DNA of 64,000 nucleotides from Clostridia bacterium (GTDB lineage Bacteria > Bacillota > Clostridia > Oscillospirales > CAG-272), in assembly GCA_017472305.1 (NCBI GenBank), contig JAFUQP010000016.1, positions 5,960-69,959 on the forward strand, given 5' to 3'. The notes beneath the pieces are model-generated. The model had not been told where the DNA came from and ran no database searches. It worked only from the letters and a program-made list of their open reading frames with translations. Made by a program: the position numbers and the translations under genes. How positions within the stretch are numbered: the first letter of the stretch is position 1; every line of letters begins with the position of its first letter. Below are positions 17,359 to 27,151 of the stretch, piece after piece.

Positions 17359-18195
17359 TTATTTCTTCTCAAACCCCACCAGCACGCCGCCAAGCTCGGC
17401 ATAGAAGGAGCAAAGCCCGCCCGTGGTTCCAACTGTCACAGTCGCCTCGGGGTACTTACCGAGAATAAGCGAGCGAAGCGAGGCTGCCGCCTCGGGGTTC
17501 TTTGTATGATGTATTCTGACTCTGCCGCCCGAGTAGCCCTCGCGCTCCATAAGCCCGAAAAGCGACGAGATTGCCGCCGACCTTCCGCGCGACTTCTCCA
17601 CAATTTCAAGAGTCCCCTTGTCACTCGCCTTACCTACAACGCGTATACCGAGAAGCCCCGAGAGCTTTGCGACTATCGGGTTAACTCTGCCGTTCGCCGC
17701 AAGATTATGTAACGACTCGAGGGCAAAGAGAAGCCCCGTTTTCTCCTTGTACTCGGAGATGCGTCCGCATATTTCGTCAAAGTCGCAGCCCGAGTCAAGA
17801 AGCTCGGCAATCCTCTCGACGGTAAGCGCGCACTCGGGTCCTGTAGAAAGACTGTCTATAACCTCGACGCGTCTGTCGGGGTGCGCCGCCTCGTATTCCT
17901 TTGCGGCAGCTCTTGCCGCGTTGCAGCTGCCCGAGAGTCCGCTTGTAATGGTCACGCAGAATACCCTGTCGGCGTCACCAAAGGCAGAAATATATTCGTC
18001 GGGATTAGGGCAGGACGAGCGCGACTTGCCCTTGTAGCGGCGAAGCTCCTCTGCCATTTTGCCGCCGTCAAGCTCGCTTGTGTCAATATACTCGCGCTCG
18101 GCGGTTATTATCTTCAGAGGTACCGTGAAAAACGGCACCGAATAGTTAATTTCCTTAATATCAACCGAGGAATCGGCGACTATTCTGTAATTCAT
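17359..18195 (-). CDS. DegV family fatty-acid-binding protein
   Basis: IVADSSVD, SSCPNP, TITSGLSGS, VIDSLS and LAANGRV motifs. Confidence 0.92.
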   Translation of the reverse strand: MNYRIVADSSVDIKEINYSVPFFTVPLKIITAEREYIDTSELDGGKMAEELRRYKGKSRSSCPNPDEYISAFGDADRVFCVTITSGLSGSCNAARAAAKEYEAAHPDRRVEVIDSLSTGPECALTVERIAELLDSGCDFDEICGRISEYKEKTGLLFALESLHNLAANGRVNPIVAKLSGLLGIRVVGKASDKGTLEIVEKSRGRSAAISSLFGLMEREGYSGGRVRIHHTKNPEAAASLRSLILGKYPEATVTVGTTGGLCSFYAELGGVLVGFEKK

Positions 18196-18445
18196 TTTCT
18201 GTTCTCCTATGGCGATTTTTCACACCGATACACGGCTTTAAATATTTCTTTCGCGTATAATTTACAGATATATTTTATCATATTTGACACAATAAGTCAA
18301 TATGTCAATTATTTTTCCAAATTTAGTAAATAATATTTTTGCGTTTTTATAAAATGTTTACAAAATATTATTTATTTGCCTATGCAATATGCTTTATAAT
18401 ATTTATGCAAATTTACAATTTTTACATACACGAAGGAAGAAAGAA

Positions 18446-21400
18446 ATGCTCGTCTTAAAGAACATCAAAAAGGACTACGTGACCTCGTCGGAAACCGTCC
18501 GTGCCTTGAAGGGTATCGATATCGCCTTCCGCGACAGAGAGTTCGTGTCAATTCTCGGTCCGTCGGGCTGCGGAAAGACCACCCTTCTTAACATTATCGG
18601 CGGTCTTGACAGATACACCTCGGGCGACCTCGTAATTAACGGAAGAAGCACCAAGCTCTACCGCGACCGCGACTGGGACGTCTACAGAAACCACAGGGTA
18701 GGCTTCATATTCCAGAGCTACAACCTTATCCCCCACCAGACGGTGCTCGGCAACGTTGAGCTTGCGCTCACTATTGCGGGTATCCCGAAGGAGGAGCGCG
18801 TCGCACGCTCGAAGGCAGCGCTCGACAAGGTCGGTCTTGCAGGTCAGTATTACAAGCGCCCAAATCAGCTCTCGGGCGGTCAGTGCCAGAGAGTGGCTAT
18901 AGCGCGCGCACTCGTAAACGACCCTGAAATTCTTCTTGCCGACGAGCCGACGGGCGCACTCGACACTGTGACCTCGGTGCAGATAATGAACCTTATCCGC
19001 GAGATTGCAGGCGAGCGTCTTGTAATAATGGTAACTCACAACCCCGAGCTTGCCGAGGAGTATTCGACCCGAATTGTCAGACTCCTTGACGGAGAGCTTC
19101 AGGAGGACACTAACCCCGTAAGCGCCGAGGAGCTTGCGGCAGCAGAGGCAGCAATTGCCGAGGCTTCCGCCGAAGAGGCAACCGAAGCAACCGAAGCAAC
19201 CGCCGAAAAAGAGCCCGCCGTCGCAGAGGTAACTACCGAAGGTTCGGCTGACGAAAGCAGAAAAACCTTAAAAAAGGCAGAAAAAGCGAAGCAGAAAAAG
19301 AGGAAGGAGAAGGCAAAGATGTCCTTCTTCACCGCCTTCCGCCTCTCTGCAAGAAACCTTATATCCAAAAAGGGCAGAACCTCAATGATAGGAATTGCGG
19401 GCTCGATAGGCATTATCGGTATTGCGATGGTGCTTGCCTTCTCGGCGGGAATACGCGGATATATTGCCTCAATGCAGGACGATATGCTCTCGGGTAACCC
19501 GATAACGATAACCAGAACCGCCTACGACCTCAACTCGATTACAGGACTTATGGAGAGCATGACGAGTGAGGACGACAAGAGCGGCAGGGACAAGAATTCC
19601 GTATACGTAAACTCCATTATCGAAAGCCTCGTCGAGATGAACAAGAACGCCGAGGATATCGTTATGGAAAACGAGATAACCGAGGCTTACGTCAACTACG
19701 TTCTCGCAATGGACGAGAGCTACTACAAGGCTATGATGCTCGGCTACGGAATCGATATGACGGTGAACATCTACACCGACTTCAGATATTCGTCAAGCTC
19801 AACCCCCGAGAACATTTCGCTTCACCGCCTGCTTAACGTTGCAAAGTCAGTGCTTGCAAAGACCGAAATTGCAGAGCAGGCAGAGAGCATAACCTCGCTT
19901 GCCCCCTCGCTTAAGGAAATGCCGAACAACTCCGACTACATTCTCTCGCAGTACGAGCTTGTCGGCGAGGGCAGCCGCCTTGCAACCGAGAAGGACGAGA
20001 TAATGCTCGTTCTCAACCCCGACGGCGAGCTTTCGGATATGCTGCTTGCGCGCCTCGGCTACTTCACCGAGGAGGAGGTGCTTGAGATTGTCAAGAAGGC
20101 ACAGTACGAGGCACTTCCCGACTCCGAGAAGGACGAAAACAACAAGGGCTACAGCGATGCGCTCTATAAGGAGAAGTTCAGCTACGCTGAGCTTCTTAAC
20201 AAGGAATTCGTATGGTATCCGAACGACACTGTATTTGAGGCAGGCGAGCCTATGGTAATTCCCGGAGTGGGAACCATTCCCGCAATGTATCAGTATAATT
20301 CCGAGTCCTCGTCCTTTGTAGACAGCGAAAGCAACGGCGCACTTCCCCTGAAGGTTGTCGGAATCCTTATCCCGAAGGACACCGTTTCCTTCGGCTCTCT
20401 CACCTCAGGCATCTACTACACGAAGGCTCTGACCGACCACGTGCTCGAGAAGAACGCAGACTCGAATATTGAGGAGTGGATTAACTCCGAGGAAGCAAAG
20501 TCACTTCTCGCAAAGACCTTCTATAACCTTCCCTACTCCTACACCTATTCCTACGATACAAACGGTAACGGAGTTATCGACGTAAGTGAGGACGCAAACG
20601 GCAACCGTATACTTGACGAGGGCGAGGACAAGAACGGCAACGGAGTTCTCGACCTAGGTGAAACCTACCGCGACGGAACCGCCACTATCGGCCCCGACCT
20701 TACTATGAACGAGATGCTTCTGCTCTCGAGAGTTGACCAGAACGACCCCGACGCTATGGCGGCGGTTATGGCGCAGCTCGATACTGCCGATATGCTTGAA
20801 AGATTTGCAAGAAAGCTCGGCGGAGTAAGCCTTGCAAGCTCTATAACAATCTACCCGAACAGCTTCGACGAGAAGCACCGCGTCACCGATTACCTTGACG
20901 GTTGGAACGAGGAGCTTCCCGAGGGCAAGACTCACTTCGAGTACGCCGACAAGGACGGCAACACCGTAAGGGTTGCAAGGGACGACAAGCACAAGATAAC
21001 CTACACCGACGCAATCGAGCTTATGGTCAACCTTATCAACACAATGATTGATATCGTTACCGTCGGACTTATCGCCTTCACCTCGGTATCTCTCGTCGTA
21101 TCTACCGTTATGATAGGAATTATCACCTACGTATCGGTTGTCGAGAGAATCAAGGAAATCGGCGTTATCCGCTCGCTCGGCGGAAGAAAGCGCGACGTTT
21201 CCAACCTCTTCATTGCCGAAACCTTCATTATCGGACTGCTTGCGGGACTTATCGGCGTCGGCTTTACCTACCTTGCCTCTACGGTAGTGAATATAATACT
21301 CAAACCGATAATCGGCTACGGAAGCATAGCGGCGCTTCCTCTCGGAAACGCAATATTCCTCGTTATCCTGAGTGTCGGACTTACGCTTATCTCGGGACTT

Positions 21401-21457
21401 ATGCCCGCCTCGAGCGCAGCAAGAAAGGACCCCGTCGTAGCGCTCCGCACCGAATAA
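18446..21457 (+). CDS. MacB/FtsX-type ABC transporter, fused ATPase and permease
   Basis: Walker A GPSGCGKT, LSGGQCQR, ILLADEPTGALD; FtsX C-terminus VVERIKEIGVIRSLGG...AARKDPVVALRTE. Start at 18446 after an AAGGA RBS. Confidence 0.92.
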   Translation: MLVLKNIKKDYVTSSETVRALKGIDIAFRDREFVSILGPSGCGKTTLLNIIGGLDRYTSGDLVINGRSTKLYRDRDWDVYRNHRVGFIFQSYNLIPHQTVLGNVELALTIAGIPKEERVARSKAALDKVGLAGQYYKRPNQLSGGQCQRVAIARALVNDPEILLADEPTGALDTVTSVQIMNLIREIAGERLVIMVTHNPELAEEYSTRIVRLLDGELQEDTNPVSAEELAAAEAAIAEASAEEATEATEATAEKEPAVAEVTTEGSADESRKTLKKAEKAKQKKRKEKAKMSFFTAFRLSARNLISKKGRTSMIGIAGSIGIIGIAMVLAFSAGIRGYIASMQDDMLSGNPITITRTAYDLNSITGLMESMTSEDDKSGRDKNSVYVNSIIESLVEMNKNAEDIVMENEITEAYVNYVLAMDESYYKAMMLGYGIDMTVNIYTDFRYSSSSTPENISLHRLLNVAKSVLAKTEIAEQAESITSLAPSLKEMPNNSDYILSQYELVGEGSRLATEKDEIMLVLNPDGELSDMLLARLGYFTEEEVLEIVKKAQYEALPDSEKDENNKGYSDALYKEKFSYAELLNKEFVWYPNDTVFEAGEPMVIPGVGTIPAMYQYNSESSSFVDSESNGALPLKVVGILIPKDTVSFGSLTSGIYYTKALTDHVLEKNADSNIEEWINSEEAKSLLAKTFYNLPYSYTYSYDTNGNGVIDVSEDANGNRILDEGEDKNGNGVLDLGETYRDGTATIGPDLTMNEMLLLSRVDQNDPDAMAAVMAQLDTADMLERFARKLGGVSLASSITIYPNSFDEKHRVTDYLDGWNEELPEGKTHFEYADKDGNTVRVARDDKHKITYTDAIELMVNLINTMIDIVTVGLIAFTSVSLVVSTVMIGIITYVSVVERIKEIGVIRSLGGRKRDVSNLFIAETFIIGLLAGLIGVGFTYLASTVVNIILKPIIGYGSIAALPLGNAIFLVILSVGLTLISGLMPASSAARKDPVVALRTE

Positions 21458-21490
21458 TTTTAACAGCTCAAAACGCTTGTTTTAAATGAT

Positions 21491-21519
21491 AAAAGCCTCA
21501 CTGCAAAGCGGGGCTTTTT
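21491..21519. terminator. Bidirectional terminator
   Basis: AAAAGCCTCACT-gcaa-AGCGGGGCTTTT. Confidence 0.65.
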
Positions 21520-21572
21520 GATATCGTTCGGAGGTTGAAAAATGATTATTTTAATAGACTTTGGGTTATTAA

Positions 21573-21812
21573 TTAACCAAAATCGTGCCTTCCGCCGCAA
21601 TCTATACCCATACCTTCCAGAACACAAACAATTTGTTCTATTCTTTCGAAACAATCGTCATCATCTAAATTGTCGTTTCCAACAATCTCCTTTATTGCCT
21701 TTAACGCCTTGTAACATTCCTTCTCAACGATATTATTCAAATCAAGAATATCGCCCTCGTCAGGTTTTTCGCTGCAAAAATAATCAAATAGCAGTTCTTT
21801 TATAAGCTCCAT
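21573..21812 (-). CDS. Small acidic hypothetical protein (79 aa)
   Basis: AGAAAGGAG RBS; CYKALKAIKEIV..LDDDDCFERIEQIVCVLE..G.RHDFG; divergent from an XRE gene. Confidence 0.7.
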   Translation of the reverse strand: MELIKELLFDYFCSEKPDEGDILDLNNIVEKECYKALKAIKEIVGNDNLDDDDCFERIEQIVCVLEGMGIDCGGRHDFG

Positions 21813-21828
21813 AAAAATTCTCCTTTCT

Positions 21829-21871
21829 ATGGGGATTATATCCCCTTAATAAATAAGATTATAACCCCCAT
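21829..21871. promoter_or_regulatory. Inverted-repeat operator candidates in the divergent intergenic region
   Basis: ATGGGGATTATA...TATAACCCCCAT (1 mismatch), plus the internal palindrome GGGGATTATATCCCC. Confidence 0.55.
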
Positions 21872-21901
21872 AATAATAAATGTCAATATGGAGGTTGAAA
21901 A

Positions 21902-22111
21902 ATGATTGTTTTTGATAGACTTTGGAACACTATGCACAAAAGGGGCGTTAGCACGTACAAGCTTCGCGAGGACTGCGGAATTGACAGCAAAACCGTTCGC
22001 AGGCTCAAAGCCAACGACAATATCGAAACGAAAACCCTCTCCAAGCTATGCGCGGCACTCGATTGCAAAATCGAGGATATAATGGAGTATGTTCCCGACA
22101 GCGACACCTGA
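21902..22111 (+). CDS. XRE/Cro-C1 (HTH_26-like) transcriptional regulator
   Basis: MIVFDRLW..M..RGVSTYKL...GI...TV.RLK...I....LSKLCAALDCKIEDIMEY; GGAGG RBS. Confidence 0.88.
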   Translation: MIVFDRLWNTMHKRGVSTYKLREDCGIDSKTVRRLKANDNIETKTLSKLCAALDCKIEDIMEYVPDSDT

Positions 22112-22171
22112 AGAATTTGATGTAGGCGAGCCAAGCAAGAAAAACAGAGGCGAATTTTCTCGAATTAATAC

Positions 22172-22200
22172 TTGACTTTTTCCTTTACGCGTGTTATAAT
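22172..22200 (+). promoter_or_regulatory. SigA promoter of the pyr operon (extended -10)
   Basis: TTGACT-17 nt-TATAAT, with TG one base upstream of the -10. Confidence 0.75.
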
Positions 22201-22251
22201 ATTATGAAATATAATGTAACTAGAGTAAGTTAGGAAAGGTAAGGTTACTGT

Positions 22252-23508
22252 ATGAAGGCACTGTTCCGCAATGCTATGGTTTATGAAAACGGCAAAATCG
22301 AGCAGCGTGATATGTTCTTCGACGGTGCCTCTGTTTTCCCTTTCTCGGGTGATTTTTCCTCTTTTGACAATTCTGTTTCCGTTGTTGATAATACCGTTAT
22401 TATTCCCGGTTTCTGTGATGTTCACGTTCATCTCAGAGAGCCGGGTTTTTCTTATAAGGAAACGATTGCAAGCGGAACGGCGGCATCGGCACGCGGAGGA
22501 TATACCGCGGTTTGCTCTATGCCAAATCTTAAGCCCGCACCCGACAGCGTGGAAAATCTTGGGGTACAGCTCGAGATAATCGAAAGAGATGCGAAAATCA
22601 AGGTTATCCCCTACGGCACTATAACCGTTGGAGAGGGTGGCGAGCAGCTCTCGGATATGGAAGGGTTGGCTCAGTCGGTCGCAGGCTTCTCCGACGACGG
22701 CAGAGGCGTGCAGAGCGACGTGGTGATGCTCGAGGCAATGAAGAGAGCAAAGGCGCTCGGCAAGCCGATAGTCGCGCACTGCGAGGACAATTCCCTGCTC
22801 CGCGGCGGCTACATTCACGACGGAGAATACGCTAAGGCTCACGGCCACAGAGGTATATGCTCCGAGAGCGAATGGGGACAGATTAAGCGCGACCTTGAGC
22901 TTGTCAGACAGACGGGCTGCAAGTACCATATATGCCACGTTTCCACAAAGGAGAGCGTCGAGCTTATAAGACGGGCAAAGGCAGAGGGCCTTGACGTCAC
23001 CTGCGAAACAGGACCGCACTACCTTACCCTCGACGACTCGCACCTCACCGAGGACGCGAGATTTAAAATGAACCCGCCGCTTCGCTCCCCCGAGGACCGC
23101 GAGGCAATGCTACGCGGAGTTCTCGACGGCACGGTGGATATGATAGCAACCGACCACGCGCCCCACTCCGAAGAGGAGAAGTCGCGCGGACTTGAAAAGA
23201 GCGCGATGGGTGTTGTCGGAATAGAAACCGCCTTCGCGGTTATGTATACGCACTTCGTTCGCACAGGCACAATGACGCTTGAAAAGCTTGTTGAGATAAT
23301 GTCAACAAAGCCCCGCGAGCGCTTCGGAATAGACTCCGACCCGGGCTTCACGGTCTTTGAGGTCGGCACAGAGCACACCGTCAACCCCGACGACTTCCTA
23401 TCAAAGGGCAGAGCCACTCCCTTCGCAGGCGACAAAGTCTATGGCGAGTGCCTGCTTACGGTCTACGAGGGCAAGCCGGTTTACCTAAATCCGAAAATCG
23501 GAAATTAA
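22252..23508 (+). CDS. pyrC: Dihydroorotase
   Basis: PGFCDVHVHLREPG, MPN, KMNPPLR, IATDHAPH. Confidence 0.95.
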   Translation: MKALFRNAMVYENGKIEQRDMFFDGASVFPFSGDFSSFDNSVSVVDNTVIIPGFCDVHVHLREPGFSYKETIASGTAASARGGYTAVCSMPNLKPAPDSVENLGVQLEIIERDAKIKVIPYGTITVGEGGEQLSDMEGLAQSVAGFSDDGRGVQSDVVMLEAMKRAKALGKPIVAHCEDNSLLRGGYIHDGEYAKAHGHRGICSESEWGQIKRDLELVRQTGCKYHICHVSTKESVELIRRAKAEGLDVTCETGPHYLTLDDSHLTEDARFKMNPPLRSPEDREAMLRGVLDGTVDMIATDHAPHSEEEKSRGLEKSAMGVVGIETAFAVMYTHFVRTGTMTLEKLVEIMSTKPRERFGIDSDPGFTVFEVGTEHTVNPDDFLSKGRATPFAGDKVYGECLLTVYEGKPVYLNPKIGN

Positions 23509-23559
23509 GGTTAACAATCAAAAGCACAAAGCATCAACCAAGTATTAATCACAAAGCAC

Positions 23560-23935
23560 CAACCAAGTATTAATTTAGACGAAAACGTGGAAATTTTTCA
23601 AAAGACAAAGAAAATTTCACCGTCAGTATACGATTACCGACAAGAGATTCTCTCCCGTTTTGCGAAAATTTGCCGTTTTCACCACCAACCAAGTATTAAA
23701 CTAGAGGAAAACGTGGAAATTTTTCAAAAGACAAAGAAAATTTCGCCGTCAGTATACGATTACCGACAAGAGGTTCTCTTCCGTTTTGCGAAAATTTGCC
23801 GTTTTCAGACCAACCAAGTATTAATTTAGAGGAAAACGTGGAAATTTTTCAAAAGACAAAGAAAATTTCGCCGTCAATATACGAATATTGACAAGAAATT
23901 TCTCTGCCGTATTTTTGGAAAATTTGCCGTTTTCA
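23560..23935. repeat. Three tandem ~125-bp repeats, each a long imperfect palindrome
   Basis: Units start CAACCAAGTATTAA at 23560, 23686 and 23811. Each reads GAAAACG..GAAATTTT..GTCARTAT-ACGA-..GAC..GAAAATTTGCCGTTTTC. Confidence 0.9.
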
Positions 23936-23952
23936 CCGAGGAGGATATAAAA

Positions 23953-26900
23953 ATGGCAAAGAGAACAGACATCAAACGCGTTATGATTATAGGCTCAGGT
24001 CCTATAATCATCGGTCAGGCAGCAGAGTTTGACTACGCAGGCACACAGGCGTGCCTCGCGCTTAAGGAAGAGGGCTACGAGGTTATACTCGTAAACTCTA
24101 ACCCCGCTACCATTATGACAGATACCACTATTGCGGATAAGGTTTATATGGAGCCGCTTACGCTCGAATATATCGCAAAGATTATCAGATACGAGCGTCC
24201 CGACGCAATCGTTCCCGGTATCGGAGGACAGACAGGCCTTAATATGGCTATGCTCCTCGAGAAGAAGGGTATCCTTAAGGAGAGCGGAGTTGAGCTTCTC
24301 GGTACTTCCTCGCGAAGCATTGAGAGAGCCGAGGACAGAGAGCTATTCAAGGAGCTTTGCGAGTCTATCGGCGAGCCGGTTATTCCCTCCGATATCGCTA
24401 ACACCGTCGAAGAGGCTGTCGCCGTTGCAAAGAAAATCGGCTACCCCGTAGTTCTTCGTCCCGCCTTCACCCTCGGCGGCACGGGCGGCGGATTTGCTTA
24501 CTCTGAGGAGGAGCTTCGTGAGCTTGCGGTAGGCGCGCTTGCCGCTTCCCCCGTAAGCCAGGTTCTCGTAGAGAAGAGCGTGCGCGGATATAAGGAAATC
24601 GAATTTGAGGTTATGCGTGACTCGGCTGACAACGCTATCACCATCTGCGGTATGGAGAACATCGACCCCGTCGGCGTTCACACCGGCGACAGTATGGTTG
24701 TAGCTCCCATTATGACTCTTAACGACCACGACCTTAAGATGCTCAACGACTCGGCTATCAAGCTTATCCGCGAGCTTAAGATAGAGGGCGGCTGTAACGT
24801 TCAGTTCGCGCTCAACCCGAACTCCTCGGAGTACTACCTTATCGAGGTTAACCCGAGAGTTTCGAGAAGCTCGGCGCTCGCCTCGAAGGCATCGGGCTAC
24901 CCCATAGCGAGAGTTACCGCAAAGATTGCTCTCGGTATGACCCTCGACGAGATTGAGGTTGCAGGCACGAAGGCTTCCTTTGAGCCAAGACTTGACTATA
25001 TCGTAGCAAAGTTCCCCCGCTTCCCCTTCGACAAGTTCACCTCTGTTCCCAACAAGCTCGGCACTCAGATGAAGGCAACAGGCGAATGTATGGGTATCGG
25101 CTCGAACCTCGAGGAGTGCATACTCAAGTCGGTGCGCTCGCTTGAGATTGGCGTATGCCACCTTCATATGACAAAGTTTGACGAGAAGGGCGACAAAGAA
25201 ATTCTCGATTACATTGAAGAATTCCACGACGACAACGCATTTGCTATCGCTGAGCTCTTCCGCCGCGGCCACTCGGTAGAGGAGATTGCCGCTATCACGA
25301 AAATCACTCCCTTCTTCCTTGAGTCCTTCAAGAAAATCACCGATATGGAAGCTTCGCTCAAGAAGGCTTCGGGCGATGCAGCGCTTCTTGCCGAAGCAAA
25401 GAAAATGGGCTTCTCGGACAAGTTTATTGCAAGGCTCTGGGGAGTATCCGAGCTTGACGTCGTAGCGGCGCGCAAGGCTGCGGGCATTATTCCCGTATTC
25501 CGTATGGTTGACACCGCGCACGTAGGCGCGTACACCCCCTACTTCTACTCGTCCTTCACAGGCGAGAATGAGTCAAGACTCTCCGAGGGCAAAAAGAAGG
25601 TAATCGTGCTCGGCGCAGGTCCTATCCGTATCGGTCAGGGCGTTGAGTTCGACTATTCCACAGTTCACGCAGTCAACACCATCAGAAGGTGCGGCTACGA
25701 GGCAATTATCATAAACAACAACCCCGAGACGGTTTCTACCGACTACACCACCTCGGACAAGCTCTACTTCGAGCCCCTCACCACCGAGGACGTTATGAAC
25801 GTTATCGACTATGAGAAGCCCGACGGCGTTATCGCCTCTCTCGGCGGTCAGACGGCTATCAACCTTGCAGAGCCTCTTGCGGCTCGCGGTGTTAAAATCA
25901 TAGGCACCGACTGCGAGGCAATCGACAGAGCCGAGAACCGCGACGCATTTGAGAAAATCCTCTCCTCGCTCGGAATTCCCCAGCCCAAGGGCCAGGCGGT
26001 TACAAAGATTGAAGAGGGTGTGCGCGTTGCGAAGGAGGTCGGCTACCCCGTGCTCGTCCGTCCCTCGTTCGTGCTTGGCGGCAGAGCTATGCAGCTTGTA
26101 GGTAACGAAAAGCAGCTCCGTCACTACTTAAGAACGGCTGTTGAGATTGACGAGGACAAGCCCGTACTCGTTGACCACTATATTCAGGGTAAAGAGGTCG
26201 AGGTCGATGCAATCTGCGACGGCCAGGACGTATTCGTAGCAGGTATTATGGAGCTTGTTGAGAGAACAGGCGTTCACTCGGGCGACAGTATCTCGGTTTA
26301 TCCCGCCTTCTCGATTTCCGACAAGGTAAAGGGCAAGATTCTCTCCTACTCGAAGCAGCTCGGTCTTGCTATCGGCATTGTTGGTCTGTTTAACATTCAG
26401 TTTATCGTTGACGATAAAGAGGACGTTTATATTATCGAGGTTAACCCCCGTTCCTCGAGAACGGTTCCCTTCCTCTCGAAGTCCACAGGCTACTCGCTCG
26501 CGGATATTGCAACCGAGGTTATCCTCGGCAAGTCCTTAAAGGAGCTTGGCATCTTCTCGATTTACCCCGAGGAGAAGAAGAGATGGTACTGCAAGGTGCC
26601 TGTATTCTCCTTCAAGAAGATTAACGGTATCGACGCATACCTCTCGCCCGAGATGAAGTCCACAGGTGAGGCAATCGGCTACGACGACGACCTCTACAGA
26701 GCCTTCTATAAGGCGCTTCAGGCATCGGGAATGAACGTTCAGAACTACGGCACAATTCTCGTAACCATCGCCGACAAGGACAAGGCAGAGGCTCTTCCTC
26801 TTATCCGCCGCTTCTACAACCTCGGCTTCAACATCGAGGCAACCGAGGGCACTGCAAGATATCTTAAGGAGCACGGCATCAAAACGAGAATCAAACAGAA

Positions 26901-27129
26901 GATTTCCTCGGGCTCTACCGACATCTACGACACCATAAGACAGGGACACATCGCCTACGTTATCAACACAAGCGACGTCGGCTCGTCCGACCAGCAGATG
27001 GACGGCTACGAGATAAGAAAGCTCGCGGTAGAAACAGGAACGACAATGTTCACCTCTCTTGACACCGTAAGAGTTCTTCTCGACGTGCTTGAGGATATAA
27101 CAATAACTATCTCGACAATAGACGCATAA
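23953..27129 (+). CDS. carB: Carbamoyl-phosphate synthase large subunit
   Basis: IGSGPIIIGQAAEFDYAG, two ATP-grasp halves (EVNPRVSRSS, EVNPRSSRT), C-terminal MGS domain. Confidence 0.97.
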   Translation: MAKRTDIKRVMIIGSGPIIIGQAAEFDYAGTQACLALKEEGYEVILVNSNPATIMTDTTIADKVYMEPLTLEYIAKIIRYERPDAIVPGIGGQTGLNMAMLLEKKGILKESGVELLGTSSRSIERAEDRELFKELCESIGEPVIPSDIANTVEEAVAVAKKIGYPVVLRPAFTLGGTGGGFAYSEEELRELAVGALAASPVSQVLVEKSVRGYKEIEFEVMRDSADNAITICGMENIDPVGVHTGDSMVVAPIMTLNDHDLKMLNDSAIKLIRELKIEGGCNVQFALNPNSSEYYLIEVNPRVSRSSALASKASGYPIARVTAKIALGMTLDEIEVAGTKASFEPRLDYIVAKFPRFPFDKFTSVPNKLGTQMKATGECMGIGSNLEECILKSVRSLEIGVCHLHMTKFDEKGDKEILDYIEEFHDDNAFAIAELFRRGHSVEEIAAITKITPFFLESFKKITDMEASLKKASGDAALLAEAKKMGFSDKFIARLWGVSELDVVAARKAAGIIPVFRMVDTAHVGAYTPYFYSSFTGENESRLSEGKKKVIVLGAGPIRIGQGVEFDYSTVHAVNTIRRCGYEAIIINNNPETVSTDYTTSDKLYFEPLTTEDVMNVIDYEKPDGVIASLGGQTAINLAEPLAARGVKIIGTDCEAIDRAENRDAFEKILSSLGIPQPKGQAVTKIEEGVRVAKEVGYPVLVRPSFVLGGRAMQLVGNEKQLRHYLRTAVEIDEDKPVLVDHYIQGKEVEVDAICDGQDVFVAGIMELVERTGVHSGDSISVYPAFSISDKVKGKILSYSKQLGLAIGIVGLFNIQFIVDDKEDVYIIEVNPRSSRTVPFLSKSTGYSLADIATEVILGKSLKELGIFSIYPEEKKRWYCKVPVFSFKKINGIDAYLSPEMKSTGEAIGYDDDLYRAFYKALQASGMNVQNYGTILVTIADKDKAEALPLIRRFYNLGFNIEATEGTARYLKEHGIKTRIKQKISSGSTDIYDTIRQGHIAYVINTSDVGSSDQQMDGYEIRKLAVETGTTMFTSLDTVRVLLDVLEDITITISTIDA

Positions 27130-27151
27130 CTACAGAAAGGAAAATGCGCGA

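Noticed and set aside
21542-21805. 87-aa plus-strand ORF starting at the duplicated RBS
   Set aside because: It is frameshifted relative to the XRE start within a few codons and lies antisense to the better-supported 79-aa gene. I treat it as a by-product of the duplication.
23560-23935. CRISPR array or coding sequence (80-aa ORF 23587..23829)
   Set aside because: The units are near-identical along their whole length with no unique spacers. The ORF merely translates the repeat, has no good RBS, and the frame is not kept in the third unit.
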